A stretch of 63,467 nt of DNA, filler included, from Collodictyon triciliatum (taxonomy: Eukaryota): assembly GCA_043381765.1 (NCBI GenBank). It is 12 parts of 12 records of this genome, joined end to end, with 100 filler letters (N's around TTAATTAATTAA, not from the genome) between each part and the next. Parts side by side here need not be neighbours in the genome. Positions count along the whole stretch, not along the records: positions 61,969 to 63,467 come from JBHJMP010004922.1; 11 more parts are not named here. The stretch is one strand, 5' to 3'. Below, one piece after another: positions 62,164 through 63,467 of this stretch; position 1 is the stretch's first letter, and each line of letters opens with the position of its first letter. The position numbers and the translations under genes are program-made. The notes under the pieces were generated by a model. That model was not told the origin of the DNA and did no database searches. It saw only the letters and a program-made list of their open reading frames with translations.

Positions 62164-63467
62164 ATGTATAGTGTTGTGAACATCCCTAAGAATTTCAATA
62201 TCACAGTGGAAGGATTCGAACCTTTGCCAGTTACTCAGTCACAAACTGCGTCATGTAAGCAACTATGCCCAGAACACATCCACTTTTCAGATGAAGACTT
62301 TGTAGTCACAGCGACCCAGGAGGTGCAGCTGAGAAATATCCAGGGTTCGTCTATTTGACCCTAGAAAATATCCTTTCTGTGTTTTTATGTTTTTGTCTTT
62401 TGTTCTCTCTTCTTTTTATGTGTTTTTTTATTTATATTTTTTGTGTATGTTTTTATACCTATAAGCCTTTGTTGGTCTTGAGGTATTTTTAGTAAGACTG
62501 TGCTTTTTTTCACTAAATAAAATCAAGATCTTAACTATATTCGAATGTAATTGAAGTTGCGAATAATGCTTAGTATATAATATTGCACCATGAATAATTA
62601 TTTTAATTCACGTTAATTTTTTTAAACATTCTACAATTTTCTCCTCTATTTGATCCCAAACGTATGTCATCTGTATTATTATTGGTGTATACTTAGCTAC
62701 TTTGCACCCCGTATGAGATCCCTCATATTAAATGAATGCTCAAATACACGAAAGGATGGACAATTCCTTCCAATAGCGGTGGTTTTGTTGGATCCCCAAC
62801 CCGGGAGCACTTTCCTCTTTCGAACTCAGATAGTCTATCCACTCGTGACAGTGAAAAGGTACTCTTAATTTGAATCACAAGCATAAGTATCTATATTGAT
62901 ATATATACATATTATTGGCATATAAAGAAACTCATTTTGAATGTTTTTGTTACATTCAAGATTCGGGAGTTAGATCCCAACCAGCCGTTCTTCCAGAGCC
63001 AAGACCCCACACCATTTGGTACGTTTGTGAAGCCAGCGATACACAGTGCTCTGAAGCACCGAAAATCACCGTCATTTACATCTCCATCGTTTGACAAGGT
63101 AGTGGATCCAAATAAAATTGAATTATCTCCAAAAAAACTGTTATTGATTGTCCATGTTTCGTTACAAAAGAAAAAGGACCGGTGATGATACGTGTATATT
63201 TACAACACGGAATGTAACAAAATAATGTACTAGAAAAAAAAAAGAGAGAGACTGTCTTTCCCACTCCTTTTTTTATTTTCATCGATTCAATTTTAAAGGG
63301 AAGAATATATTGAATAATTTTCGAAACATTCTCTTGAATCCCAGAGCCTTTTCATGATCAACACAGAGGATTTAACATGTCGCAACCCGCTCGAGGAAGC
63401 TTTCACACAGACACACTTCCAACAGGAGATTCGGCATCTTCCTGACGTGCCTTGCGAGTTGCTAGGG
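62164..63467 (+). CDS. Hypothetical protein, probable 5' exons (62164-62344, 62961-63098, 63345-)
   Basis: Short open segments bounded by AG/GT; no family recognised. Confidence 0.35.

Overview
This is not one locus. It is a concatenation of 12 unlinked eukaryotic contigs (mostly ~6 kb) joined by 100-nt N/TTAATTAATTAA spacers, and many contigs end in microsatellites. The source is an AT-rich, intron-dense, flagellated, aerobic protist. Recognisable spliced genes, mostly truncated at contig ends: DNAH1-like axonemal dynein heavy chain, a DENN-GRAM-cNMP protein, a secreted WD40/Cys-rich/FG-GAP protein, Ena/VASP, a TPR protein, LARP1, a ferlin, an LRR-TKL kinase-SAM-SAM protein, a NEK-like kinase, an anoctamin, COX6A and IFT122. 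The highlight is a decayed Fanzor1 (eukaryotic TnpB-like RNA-guided nuclease) at 36.8-38.8 kb (-). Its 3' end has four tandem stem-loops (candidate omegaRNA scaffold) ending in a Helitron-type hairpin-9 nt-CTAG|T terminus. Other notable items: two ~40-50-bp TSD-flanked poly(A) retroinsertions with the same sequence on different contigs, an L1-like ORF2 fragment, an snR53-like C/D snoRNA guide plus hairpins in the large COX6A intron, and a signal-peptide WD40 propeller with HET-E-like variable positions. Gene models were assembled by eye and family calls come from motif recognition; no searches were run.
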